A program made the position numbers and the translations under genes. Under the pieces are notes generated by a model, which searched no databases, had not been told where the DNA came from, and worked only from the letters and a program-made list of their open reading frames with translations. A stretch of DNA of 64,000 nucleotides from Methanotrichaceae archaeon. Its GTDB lineage: Archaea > Halobacteriota > Methanosarcinia > Methanotrichales > Methanotrichaceae. The stretch covers positions 33,288-97,287 of the forward strand of contig CAWDLW010000026.1 in the NCBI GenBank assembly GCA_963803145.1. Direction: 5' to 3'. Positions 38,880-49,809 of this stretch are shown here, piece by piece; positions within the stretch are counted from its first letter, which is position 1; each line of letters begins with the position of its first letter.

Positions 38880-39710
38880 ATGAATGTTTCAGATATTAGG
38901 AATATCTCAGATGCCAAGAGTGTTCTGGATGCTTTTTACACATTAGGCATCACAGATACCGCCGACACAATAACAGTAGAAAGTGGAACCTATAACGCGG
39001 ATCTGAAAATAGATAAGCCAGTAATATTGCATGGCATTGATACAGGCAGCGGAAGACCTATCTTTAGCAGGAACAGCATAGTAATAACGGCGAATGGCTT
39101 CATTCTTCGAGGCTTTGAGATAGCCGATGAGCACAGCCTTGACATCGAGGGAGCAGGATATATTTTCCTCAACAACTTTCCGGCTTCTGGCGGTATTCTA
39201 GCCGAAAGCCGATGCCTTTGGAACTCAAGCCAGCCGATAAATTATCAGTTCGAAAGCAAGGTTCTCAGGAGCCGTTTCGGCAACTACTGGGCAGATTATA
39301 CTGGAAAAGATGAAAACCATGATGGAATCGGCGATGAACCGAAGGTAATAGATTCTCATAACATAGATTATTATCCTCTGATGCAGCCCGTCGATAGCTA
39401 CTTGATCGAGGGTGAAAAGGAGGATAGGATGGATACAATTAAGGCCACAATAAATCAGCCCTTCACTATAACTCTGAATTCGAATCCAACAACCGGCTAT
39501 AAGTGGTATGCAGATTATGATTATGATTTCCTGAGGCTGGATAATCAGAGTTACGAGAAGAGTCCATCAAATGCCATCGGAAGCGGAGGCAAAGATGTAT
39601 TAACGTTTACGCCTTTGAAACGGGGCCAAACTAAAATTTCATTAGTCCACAGGCGGCCCTGGGAGAATATCGCAGGCGATGTGAGAACTTTCCAGGTACA
39701 AATATCCTGA
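38880..39710 (+). CDS. Secreted NosD/CASH-like beta-helix remnant fused to a chagasin-family (I42) protease inhibitor domain
   Basis: GNYWADYTGKDENHDGIGD...DYYPL; C-terminal SNPTTGYKW, GSGG and RPWE. The reading frame extends upstream (EIHVCAQGCD) to an in-frame TAG within a signal-like segment. Confidence 0.8.
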   Translation: MNVSDIRNISDAKSVLDAFYTLGITDTADTITVESGTYNADLKIDKPVILHGIDTGSGRPIFSRNSIVITANGFILRGFEIADEHSLDIEGAGYIFLNNFPASGGILAESRCLWNSSQPINYQFESKVLRSRFGNYWADYTGKDENHDGIGDEPKVIDSHNIDYYPLMQPVDSYLIEGEKEDRMDTIKATINQPFTITLNSNPTTGYKWYADYDYDFLRLDNQSYEKSPSNAIGSGGKDVLTFTPLKRGQTKISLVHRRPWENIAGDVRTFQVQIS

Positions 39711-39825
39711 TGAGTTATTGATCTACTCAGTGCTGGTCCAAGTACCTAGAAATTAATGGCTCCTCGCTATTTCCTGTGGTTGATTCTCGGACGCTTGAAG
39801 TCTTTGGGTAGGGTTTAGTAGACGT

Positions 39826-39906
39826 TCACCACAGAGGCACAGAGACAAGAGAGACGAAAACATAATAATATTAAAATCCCTCTGTGCCTCGGTGTCTCTG
39901 TGGTGA
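39826..39906. repeat. Dispersed repeat family B, full palindromic copy
   Basis: TCACCACAGAGGCACAGAG ... CTCTGTGCCTCGGTGTCTCTGTGGTGA inverted arms around an AT-rich loop. Confidence 0.85.
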
Positions 39907-40325
39907 GTTCGTAAGTACAGCGTCGCCCACACGTCAGCCCGTAAAAATATTCTGATCTGCGATAAGTTCTTTAACTATTACGATTAAAATGCTCGGAACT
40001 GCGATAGGAGCAATAATACATGCCTCGCAATAATCCCTCTCAAAGACTCTCAGGAATTTCGGATTGTGTAGAGATTCTTCGTTCTAAGGGCCTGGGCCAT
40101 CTCGATAATAACGGTCGGGACTCTTCTTGGCAGCCGGGACTGCATTTGGTCAGTCTGGAAGGGCTAACTACCTTAGGGGGGGGGGGGCACGACCGAGGCA
40201 GAGCAGGACGCTTTTGTTGAGTGTATGTTTTTCGGATGCTCTCAGGCGATCAAAGCCTCAGGCAAAATTCTGCAACGATCTGCAAATCAGCCTTTATGAA
40301 CTACAGAACCCCCAGGAATAGAACA

Positions 40326-41335
40326 ATGCTAAAGAATGCCCTTGCTGCAATAGCTATCATCGCTGTGATAGTATCGATTGGATCGGCTGCATGGCCCTTC
40401 CCGAATTTCGGGACAACTGATCCGGGAGCGCCCTTATCGATCACTGTAGGTACCCAGCCTGTTGAACTGGCCTCATTAATCTTTATCGCCGAAGATCAGG
40501 GCTACTTTGCTGAGAATGGTCTCAAAGTGACCATAAAGACCTATGATACTGCACTTGCAGCAGTCGGTGGGATGAAGAAGGGTGACGTGGATATTTCAGT
40601 ATCAACCGAGTACCCTGTTGTCACGGCGGCCTTCAATAAAGAAAATATCAGCGTGATTGGAAGCATCGATAAGTATGAGACTACTTATCTTGTCGGCCGG
40701 AAAGACCTGGGAGTAAAGAGTATAACGGATCTCAAAGGGAAAAAGATAGGCTTGACAAGAGGCGGGATCGGAGAATTTTATCTAGGGCGATTCCTCAATT
40801 TGCATGGAATGAGCTCCAGGACGTAACTCTCATGGATGTCAAACCGGCACAACTTATGGGAGCCCTTACAAACGGCAACATCGACGCAGCCATGATTTGG
40901 AATATCGATATCAATACGGTCGAAGCACAGTTGAAGGGCAATGCGATAGTCTGGCCAGCGCAAAGCAGCCAGGCGACCTATTCGGTCGTTGCCTGCAGGG
41001 ACGATTGGGCTGCCGGTCACCCTGAGGAGATAAACCGTTTCCTGAAATCAGTTGGTCAGGCAGAGGAGTTCCCCATCAATCATCCGGATGAAGTAAAGGC
41101 GATCTTACAAAAAAGGCTGAATTACACTGATGCATATGTTTCAACTATCTGGCCCAATCACCAGTTCTCGCTTACTCTCGATCAGTCACTTATTGCTGCC
41201 ATGGAAGACGAGGCTCGGTGGACAATCAGCAACAACCTCACTGCCGAGAAGACTGTACCCGATTTCATGAAGTACATCTATACGAAAGGCATTAAGGAAG
41301 TTAAGCCGGACTGCGGTGAATATTTAGTGAATGAG
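40326..41335 (+). CDS. NMT1/THI5/SsuA-like substrate-binding protein 1 (frameshifted)
   Basis: N-terminal TM/signal; IAEDQGYFAENGL, DLKGKKIG and LTLDQSLI motifs; split near 40815. Confidence 0.8.
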
Positions 41336-41360
41336 ACCATGAAGTCGAAGCTAGGGAACC

Positions 41361-42385
41361 ATGAAAAAAATTATAGCCTCGATAGCTGTCGTCGTTGCCT
41401 TAGTGATGGTAGGGTCTGGTGCATGGCCTTTCCCGAATTCCGGATCAACCGATTCAGGAACGCCAGAATCGATCACCATCGGGATAACGCCCTCTGAAGC
41501 ATATACGTTAATCTATATCGCTGAAGATAAGGGCTACTTTGCCGAGAACGGCCTCAATGTGACTATGCAGAAATTATGAATCAGCACTTAAAGCTATCGA
41601 TGGATATGTTGAACGGTGATGTGGATATAGCGTATTACAGGCGAGTATACCTGCCGTCACGAGAAGCATTCGAAAAGAAAGGTATTAGCGTGATTGGGAG
41701 CATCGATAAGTACAAGGCAATATATCTTTATGGCCGGAAAGATCGAGGAATCGAAAACATTTCTGATCTGAAGGGAAAAAGGATAGGTATAACCCGGGGA
41801 GCCATAGATGAATTCTACCTTGGGAGATTTCTCGACCTGCACGGCATGAGCATAAAGGATATAACGCTTGTAGATTTCCACAGCCTTCACAATATGTCAG
41901 ATGCCATTACAAATGGAAGCGTCGACTGCGATATTAGCTGACGAGATATCTTTATCGATCAATGTAAAGAGCATTCGGCAGCAATCTGTATACTATGGCC
42001 GATTCAAAGCAGCCAGAATGGGTTATTTACGTCATAGCCTGTCAGGACGACTGGGCAGCCAGCCATCCTGAGCAGATAAAGCGGCTTCTGAAATCGCTTG
42101 ACCAGGCAGAGGAATATCACCATCAATCATCCGACCGAAGCAAAGGCGATCTTACAAAAAAGGCTGAACTTCACTGAGGAGCGATATGGCGACCGTTTGG
42201 CCAGAGCACCAGTTCGCTCTCACCCTCGACCAGTCTCTCCTCATCGCCATGAACGACGAAGGGCATGTGGATGATAAGGAACAACCTCACTAAGGAAAAG
42301 ACGCTGCCCGACTTTAGCAAATATATCTACACGCAGGGTCTTGAGAGAGGTAAAGCCGGAAGCGGTAAATATCACGGTGAATTGA
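41361..42385 (+). CDS. NMT1/THI5/SsuA-like substrate-binding protein 2 (multiple frameshifts)
   Basis: Paralog of SBP1 (AWPFPN, IAEDKGYFAENGL, DLKGKRIG, DDWAASHPEQI) spread over several short ORFs. Confidence 0.75.
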
Positions 42386-42391
42386 GGAATC

Positions 42392-45300
42392 ATGAAAATC
42401 AGGACTCAGTTGATCATCAGCATGGTTTTCTTCGGAATAGCCCTGGCAATCATCTCGGCATCGGTGGTTATCACAAACCAACAGGTAGAGCGGCTGAATA
42501 AGCAGGAAGAGCTCGCCAGAAATATCGAACTAGAAATCGGTGAGCTCAACTATATATCGAACAACTATCTTCTGTACCACGAAAGCCAGCAGACCGATCG
42601 ATGGGAGTCCAAATACTCTTCGATCTCGGCAGATATATCGAATTTAAGCTGTCGATCAGCCTGAGCAGCTGGTGCTTGTCAATAATCTCAAGAACAGTCA
42701 GCAGCGATTGAAGGAAATCTTCGGCGATATAACATCAAAGATTGAGAGTGCATCAAAAGCTCAGAGCAATACAGCGGATCTGCAATCTGTTCAGGTCTCA
42801 GGCAGCAGGATTGGAGTTCAAACCCAGGGAATGGTCTTTGATTCTGCACGCCTGGCGCAGATGTTAAATCAGCAGGCAGAAGAGACGAAACAGAGGAATA
42901 ACCTTTTCATCTTCGCACTTATTGGAGCCTTCTTAGCATTTCTTCTTACCGATTACCTCCTGATTAACCGGCGCACTCTGACATCTTTATCGAATCTCCA
43001 GGCCGGAGCAGAAGTTATCGGTTCAGGTAACCTGGATTATTCAATCGCTGAGAGAAAAGGTGATGAGATCGGTGAACTGGCACATGCCTTCAACAAGATG
43101 ACGGCCAACCTGAAAACCGTTACAGCTTCCAAAGCGGATCTTGAGAAGGAAATGACCGAACGAAAGAAGGCTGAAGTGGAGATCCAAAAACTGATGTTAT
43201 CAGTTCAACGGGAAAAAGATAGGCTCTTAACCTTGGTGAATAGTATTCCGGACGAAGTCTGGTTTGCCGATGCACAAAAGAAGATTTCTTTAGTTAATCC
43301 AGCGGTTCTAAATGAGTTTGGCTCCAGCACCTTTGATAATCCGGATGCCGAAACGATTGCTGGGAGCTCAGAGGTGTATCGTCCTGATGGCACTCTGCGT
43401 CCTGTAGATGAAGCCCCGCCTTTGCGCGCTCTAAAAGGAGAGATAATAAGAAATCAAGAAGAGATTGTCCGAACTCCGGCCGGTGGAGAGATTCGTTATC
43501 GGCAAGTTAATGCCGCACCAGTAAAAGACGCCGATGGAAATATTATCGGCTCGGTATCTGTAGTACGTGACATCACCGAGCACAAGCAGGCGGAGGTGGC
43601 GCTTCAGGAGAGCGAGCAGAGATTCAAAGATGCCATAGATAACTTTCCCAATGTCTTCGTTATCTACGATTCAGATAGAAGGATTCGGTACATCAATTCA
43701 AAGGGCCTCCAGATCATCGGCCTCTCTGAGCCGCAGGTGGTCGGTCGGAGGGATGAGGAGATTTTTCCGCCTGAGATGATCGATTCTTACCTTCCAGCTT
43801 TGAAGCGTGCTGTCGAGAGCAAGACGCCTCAGATGCTTGAACGAACCAGGCATGCCAGTATGGGAGGTCAGGTAATCATCGTTAACATTATTCCATTGCT
43901 GGATGAAAATGGCAATCTCTCTCGGATCCTTGGTATAACTCATGATATTACAGAGCGCAAGCAGGCCGAAGAGCAGCGCCAGCGCCTGGCACAAGAGCTG
44001 GCCGATCGCGCCTCTGAACTCCAGGCCGTGCTGAATGCAGCACCAGTCGCCGTCTGGATAGCTCATGATCCAGAGTGCCGTCGGATCACCGGCAACGTCT
44101 ATGCAGATCAAATCCTGCAGACTTCGCATGGCGGCAATGTCTCCCGCAGTGCCCTGCCCGGCGAAGCGGCAGTCTCCTACAAGGTCTTCCGCAATGGTGT
44201 AGAGCTACAGCCCGAAGAGATGCCAGCCCAGGTCGCCACTGCCACAGGCAGGTCAGTCCTGGGTGATGAACTGGAGTTGATCTTCCCCGACGGCCGAGCT
44301 ATCCACCTGATCGAGAGCGCCGAGCCTCTCTTCGATGCTGAAGGCCAAGTGCGAGGCGCGGTCATCGCTGGGGCGGATGTGACACAGCTCAAGCTGGCTG
44401 AAGAGGCATTGCGAAGGTCCAGGGACGAGCTTGAGCTGAGGGTCCAGGAAAGGACCGCAGATCTATCTGAGGCGAAAGAGAACCTTGAAGTCATAAATGA
44501 GGAGCTTCAGGCCGCCAATGAGGAGCTTCAGATCGGGATTACAGAGCATGAGAAGATGGAAAAAGAGCTGCAGAAGGCCAAAGAAGCCGCCGAAGAATCT
44601 GTCAGAGCCAAGGCTGCATTCCTGGCCAACATGTCCCATGAGCTCAGGACTCCCATGAACTCGATAATCGGTTTCACAAGCCTTCTCTTAGAGGAGCCTC
44701 TGTCGCTTGAGTACAAGGATTGGCTTGATACCATGAAGATGAACGGCGATGCACTCCTGGCCCTGATCAACGATGTTCTTGACTTCTCGAAGCTGGAGAA
44801 GGAGAAGATTGAGCTTGAGCTTCATCCCTTCGACCTGCGTCAGCGCGTCGAGGAGTCACTCGACCTGGTATCTACAAAGGCAGCCGAGAAGGGGCTCGAC
44901 CTTGCCTATACGATCGATAGCAATGTTCCTGAAACCATAATAGGCGATTCGGCAAGGCTCCGTCAGGTATTGGCCAACCTGCTTAGCAACGCCGTCAAAT
45001 ATACCGATAAAGGTGATGTCGTTATCTCGATCTCTTCGGAGCCCGAAGAGGAAGGCCATGAGATCCATTTCGCTGTTCAAGGATACGGGCATTGGAATAC
45101 CCCTGGATAAGATGGACAGACTCTTCAAGCCCTTTGCACAGCTCGAATACGTAATAAGCCGTAAACGCGATGGCGCAGGACTTGGACTTGCCATAAGCAA
45201 GAAGCTTGTAGAACTCATGGGCGGAGAGATCTGTGCAGAAAGCGAGGAAAGAAAAGGTACGACTTTCAGGTTCACTATTCCAGTAGAGACTATCCCAGGA

Positions 45301-45747
45301 AAGCAAATGGACTCAGTTAAGAATGTTAAGGCAACTGATTACGAGAATTTGTCAGCGCAGAAGCCTCTGGCAATCCTCGTAGCCGAAGACAATCCCTCAA
45401 ACCAGAAAGTCCTCGTTGAGATGCTGAAACGCCTGGGCTACAGGGCTGATGCTGTTGCAGACGGCGTTGAGGTTTTGCAGGCGCTTCAGATACGGCCATA
45501 TGATTTGATCTTCATGGATATCAGGATGCCTGAAATGGATGGACTCACAGCCACCAAAGAAATACGAAAGCTTCGGCCTGAAAACGGGCCCAAGATTGTA
45601 GCTATTACAGCATTTGCAATGGATGGTGATAAGGAGATTTGCCTTGAAGCAGGTGCGGATGAATACATTGCGAAGCCTGTAAAGGTAGATGACCTTGCCG
45701 CATTATTGCGAAATATTATCCCTCCCAATAATAAGAAGAGCCAATAG
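42392..45747 (+). CDS. Hybrid sensor histidine kinase (TM-sensor-TM, HAMP, three PAS/PAC, HisKA, HATPase, REC); frameshifts near 42650 and 45080
   Basis: DEIGELAHAFN (HAMP), RDITE/HDITE (PAC), FLANMSHELRTP, NLLSNAVKYT, DTGIGI, GLGLAI, AEDN and FMDIRMP. Confidence 0.9.
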
Positions 45748-45847
45748 GTCATACCAATAGTGCAGAATTAGATTGCGTAAAATGATAACACCGCAGCTTG
45801 CAAAAGGGTTTATACCACTACTGCTAACGTTAGTTGAGGATGTCATT

Positions 45848-46561
45848 ATGAGGATAGGACACAATCTTATGCCACTCTTTATAGCATTAGCGCTGCTGCT
45901 TCTAGCAGGAATAGTATATGCAGAAGATGGTAATGTGACTACGGGTGCAGGTCAGGACATACAGTTCGTTGGAACTCTTCTCAACCTAACAGAAGGCAAC
46001 GTGCCGGGAGCACCAGACTATTGGATCGTGAAAGTAGATGAGGGGCTTTTAGGTCCTCAGCCATGCAACGATACAATAAAAGTTGTGACTTATCAGTCAA
46101 CTTCGCCGCCATGGGGAACAGCGGATAAGGATGTGAAGCCGGGAGACAAGGCATGGATCAGCGGAAGATATATTCCAAAGGAATCCGGATGCGAGGTTAC
46201 ATTGCAGGGCTCGGATCAGTATTACCTGAGAAAATACCCCGACGAGATCAAGTTTGTGGGAACTCTATCAGGCTTCAACAACATGGCAATTCCAGGCGGC
46301 GGGCCGCGCTGGATGGTAAACGTTGATAAGGTTCTGAGCGGGCCTAAGCCCTGCAGCAATCAGCTGTCAATTACAACCTTCCAGGCTCTCTACCCATCGG
46401 TTTGGGGAAATACCACTCCAGGCATTAAATCAGGCGATAAGGTTGAGGTCTTTGGTGCCTATCATGAGAACGAAGCAGGGGGCACTTGCGCCGTTACATT
46501 ATACGGCTCGAGGAGTTACTATATCAAAAAGCAAGGTAGCGAAACAAACTCCACTCCATGA
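45848..46561 (+). CDS. Secreted protein built from two copies of a ~95-aa beta-rich domain
   Basis: Signal peptide; two IxFVGTL...WxVxVD...GPxPC...WG...GDK...C-x-VTL-x-GS-x-x-YY units. Confidence 0.75.
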   Translation: MRIGHNLMPLFIALALLLLAGIVYAEDGNVTTGAGQDIQFVGTLLNLTEGNVPGAPDYWIVKVDEGLLGPQPCNDTIKVVTYQSTSPPWGTADKDVKPGDKAWISGRYIPKESGCEVTLQGSDQYYLRKYPDEIKFVGTLSGFNNMAIPGGGPRWMVNVDKVLSGPKPCSNQLSITTFQALYPSVWGNTTPGIKSGDKVEVFGAYHENEAGGTCAVTLYGSRSYYIKKQGSETNSTP

Positions 46562-46650
46562 TGAGAATATAGGCTCCTATCCTCCCCTTTTAAGTTCTAT
46601 AGTTCCCCTTTCGACGAATTGCCTAATGGATTCGATCTGCCAAGCATAAT

Positions 46651-46678
46651 TCTTTGTGCCTTCGTGTCTTCGTGGTGA
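46651..46678 (-). repeat. Dispersed repeat family B, half copy
   Basis: CTTTGTGCCTTCGTGTCTTCGTGGTGA resembles the right arm at 39880-39906. Confidence 0.7.
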
Positions 46679-46769
46679 GCGCTCAGGATTCAGAATTTGC
46701 ACATGCTATTTTCTATTATAATTCAATAGCCCTTACACTTATTTTTGGGGTTAACACTAATGGTTTTAC

Positions 46770-46842
46770 TAGCGCGCTCAGTCGCCGCGCTGGCTGTCCC
46801 TGACCCCTCTCCGGGGGAGGGTTTGTAAAACACATGCTATAA
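46770..46842 (+). repeat. Dispersed GC-rich repeat family A, copy 3
   Basis: AGCGCGCTCAGTCGCCGCGCTGGCTGTCCCTGACCCCTCTCC...CATGCTATAA. Confidence 0.85.
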
Positions 46843-46918
46843 GGTTGAAGGGAATTGTCGTTCTAAAGCGCTAAAGGCTTTGGCAATCAAGATATATCTG
46901 CCGGTACATGGGCTATCT

Positions 46919-47815
46919 ATGCGCTTTGGAATCGTTGTCTCTGATCCCAATGATTGGACTGCTCAAGCACTTCATTCAGCCTTTGTGAGGAGAGGGACGG
47001 AAAGTTCCTTCCTGAATTTTTCAGATCTGGCAGCGACAATAGGTGAAGACTTTTCACTTATAAGTAGCAGCATGGATCTCCTTAAGTTCAACGGCATTGT
47101 GGTTAGAGATATGGGCAGGCAGGGGGCAGAGGATGTTGGTTTCAGGTTTGAGGCTCTATGCGCTTTAGAAAGGCTAGGAGTAAAGATCATAAACCCCCCA
47201 AATGCAATTGCCAGAGCGGCCAATAAATTCGCAACCTCTCTTGCTCTTAAGCATGCGGAAGTTCCCACGCCATCTACTGTAATTACAACTAGCAAGGACG
47301 CGGCATCCAAAGCTTTATCGGACTTTGGAAAGGCAGTCTCGAAGCCTCTATTCGGCTATAAAGGAAAGGGCATAAAGCTTTTGAAAAGAGGCGACGATGG
47401 CAGGCTTCAGGATATCATAAACAAGCAAGGCATGGTTTACCTTCAGGAGTTCATCGAATCCGCGAGTCCAAGGGATATCAGGGCATTTGTTGTTGGCGAT
47501 GAGGTTGTGGGAGCTATCTACCGAGTGGCGCCACAGGGCCAATGGATCAGCAATCTGGCACGCGGCGGAAGTGCAGAGCCGTGCACTATAACGGATGAGC
47601 TGAAAGATCTGGCAACCAGGGCTAGTGCAGCTGTTGATGCATTCTACAGCGGCGTTGATCTGCTTGAGACTGCTGACGGCCTGAAAGTAATCGAAGTTAA
47701 TGGAACGCCGTCAGGTAAGGGCATATTCGACGCTTGCGGGATCAATGTGGCTGAAATAATAGCGGATAAGGCACTTTGCCTTAGGTATCAAAACGGTTAT
47801 CTACATAGGTGCTAG
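46919..47815 (+). CDS. mptN: RimK-family ATP-grasp ligase, likely tetrahydromethanopterin:alpha-L-glutamate ligase
   Basis: DPNDWTA start, KPLFGYKG, YLQEFI, DIRAFVVG, WISNLARGG and EVNGTP motifs. Confidence 0.8.
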   Translation: MRFGIVVSDPNDWTAQALHSAFVRRGTESSFLNFSDLAATIGEDFSLISSSMDLLKFNGIVVRDMGRQGAEDVGFRFEALCALERLGVKIINPPNAIARAANKFATSLALKHAEVPTPSTVITTSKDAASKALSDFGKAVSKPLFGYKGKGIKLLKRGDDGRLQDIINKQGMVYLQEFIESASPRDIRAFVVGDEVVGAIYRVAPQGQWISNLARGGSAEPCTITDELKDLATRASAAVDAFYSGVDLLETADGLKVIEVNGTPSGKGIFDACGINVAEIIADKALCLRYQNGYLHRC

Positions 47816-47825
47816 CTTGAGGAGC

Positions 47826-49109
47826 ATGTTCACGATACTCACCGGTGCACAGTTCGGAGATGAAGGCAAAGGCAAAATCGTAGATCTTCTGGCAGAGAAC
47901 TACGACATAGTAGTCCGTTTCCAAGGAGGAGACAACGCAGGCCACACAGTTGTGGTTGCGGACAAGAAATATAAACTGCACCTTGTTCCCAGTGGTGCGC
48001 TCTTTGGAAAAAGGCTTCTGATTGGACCGGGAGTAGTCCTGAACCCACGAGTTCTCTGGGGAGAGATCCAGGAGCTGGAGTCTGAAGGGATTAAGCTCAA
48101 TTTAGGCATAGATGCGAAGACCAGCATCATAATGCCATATCATATAGAGCTTGATAGCCTGCGGGAAAAGGAAAGGTCGCAGAAGATAGGCACTACCAAT
48201 AGAGGCATAGGATTTGCCTATATGGACAAGATCGCCCGTGAAGAGGTCAGGATGGAAGACCTTGTAGACCCTGCGCTTCTTGAGGCTAAGCTGAATGATA
48301 TCGGCCCTGCCAAGGAGAAGGCGATAAAAGACATGGGCGGGGATCCATCTGTTGTGAAGTTTGGTCCTTTTATCGATGAGTATCTGGAAATAGGCAAGCG
48401 CCTCAAGGACAAGGTCACGGACGTCTCGAGAGATCTCAACATCGCGCTTACTGAAGATCAAAGCGTACTTGCCGAGGGCGCACAGGGAGCATTCCTCGAT
48501 GTAATTCACGGCACACAGAAGTTCGTCACCTCCAGCTTTACAACGGCAGGAAGCGCCTGCGCCAATCTTGGAGTCGGCCCTGTGATGGTGGACAATGTTG
48601 TGGGAGTAATAAAAGCATATATCACCCGTGTAGGCGAGGGACCAATGCCCACAGAGCTAAATGATAAGATTGGAGAGCACATGAGGGAAAAAGGCGGGGA
48701 ATATGGAACTACGACTGGACGCCCAAGAAGGTGCGGATGGTTTGACGCTGTGCTGGGGCTGAAATCGATTTATCTGAACGGCTATACTGAACTTGCATTA
48801 ACCAAGCTGGATATTCTTACAGGAATTGATCCAATCAAGATTTGCATAGGCTATGATCTGAACGGCAAGGAGATAGGTTATCCGCCGGAGAGCACTAGGC
48901 TTCTGGCGGAGTGTAAGCCTATTTATGAGGAGATACCCGGTTGGACTGAAGATATTTCGGGTAATCAAGAGTATGAGAACCTGCCTGAAAACGCCGCAGC
49001 ATACGTCGAAAGAATTGAGGATCTGCTGGGCGTGGAGATCTCAGCGGTCTCCACTGGGCCGGGGAGAGAACAGATGATATACAGAGAGATATCCGGGGCT
49101 GAGGACTAA
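47826..49109 (+). CDS. purA: Adenylosuccinate synthetase
   Basis: GAQFGDEGKGK, GGDNAGHT, EGAQG and TTTGRPRRCGWFD motifs. Confidence 0.97.
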   Translation: MFTILTGAQFGDEGKGKIVDLLAENYDIVVRFQGGDNAGHTVVVADKKYKLHLVPSGALFGKRLLIGPGVVLNPRVLWGEIQELESEGIKLNLGIDAKTSIIMPYHIELDSLREKERSQKIGTTNRGIGFAYMDKIAREEVRMEDLVDPALLEAKLNDIGPAKEKAIKDMGGDPSVVKFGPFIDEYLEIGKRLKDKVTDVSRDLNIALTEDQSVLAEGAQGAFLDVIHGTQKFVTSSFTTAGSACANLGVGPVMVDNVVGVIKAYITRVGEGPMPTELNDKIGEHMREKGGEYGTTTGRPRRCGWFDAVLGLKSIYLNGYTELALTKLDILTGIDPIKICIGYDLNGKEIGYPPESTRLLAECKPIYEEIPGWTEDISGNQEYENLPENAAAYVERIEDLLGVEISAVSTGPGREQMIYREISGAED

Positions 49110-49369
49110 GCTCCCAAATTCTTCTATGGTACACTTGCTTTAGCTTGCTGGTGTACCTATTACTATTTTATCATATATTTATGGTATCTGGCTTTCTGTC
49201 AGTAGCTATTTCTCTATTTGTGGCCAGCCGCATAACGATTAAGTTCTCATAAATAGTGACTCTTGGGTATTCTAAAGGCAAGTTCGATAAGAGCGTCAGA
49301 AGGGATGCAAGTCCCTGGATCACGACTGATATTAAGGAGCTTCCTATGCATATGACCTAGATAAAGTAA

Positions 49370-49809
49370 TATCCCTCTTCGAAAATCGATTTTGAAAAGT
49401 ACTGTTTGGTTCTATTATCTGACGATAATTTCAAATTCAATTGATAAATTAGGAAAAACTTGTGGGACAAGGCTTAATTGACAAAACAATCGATTTTATC
49501 TAATTTCTCGGCATTTAGTTCTGATGTACATCCGATTATTCTAATTTAGCCTACATTATAAGCTATTTCAGATAGACGCCTCATTGCTATCGATCTATTA
49601 GGCTAAACTTACATATACAGCAACTTTGCGATATATACTAGTAACATCGAACCGAGGGTGTAAATGGCTTAAAACCATAAATTTAGATCCTAATCCCCAA
49701 ACAAATGTTGTCCCACAATTTAATTCTTAATTAACTCCAAAATCGGTGAAAAAATGGTTAAATATCCATTGAAACATAGGTTTAGAAAGTGGGAATTTGA
49801 AGAGAGGTA
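49370..49809. mobile_element. MITE-like non-coding element sharing termini with the adjacent IS
   Basis: Ends TATCCCTCTTC...GAAGAGAGGTA; flanked by a 9-bp direct repeat ATAAAGTAA (49361-49369 and 49810-49818). Confidence 0.65.
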
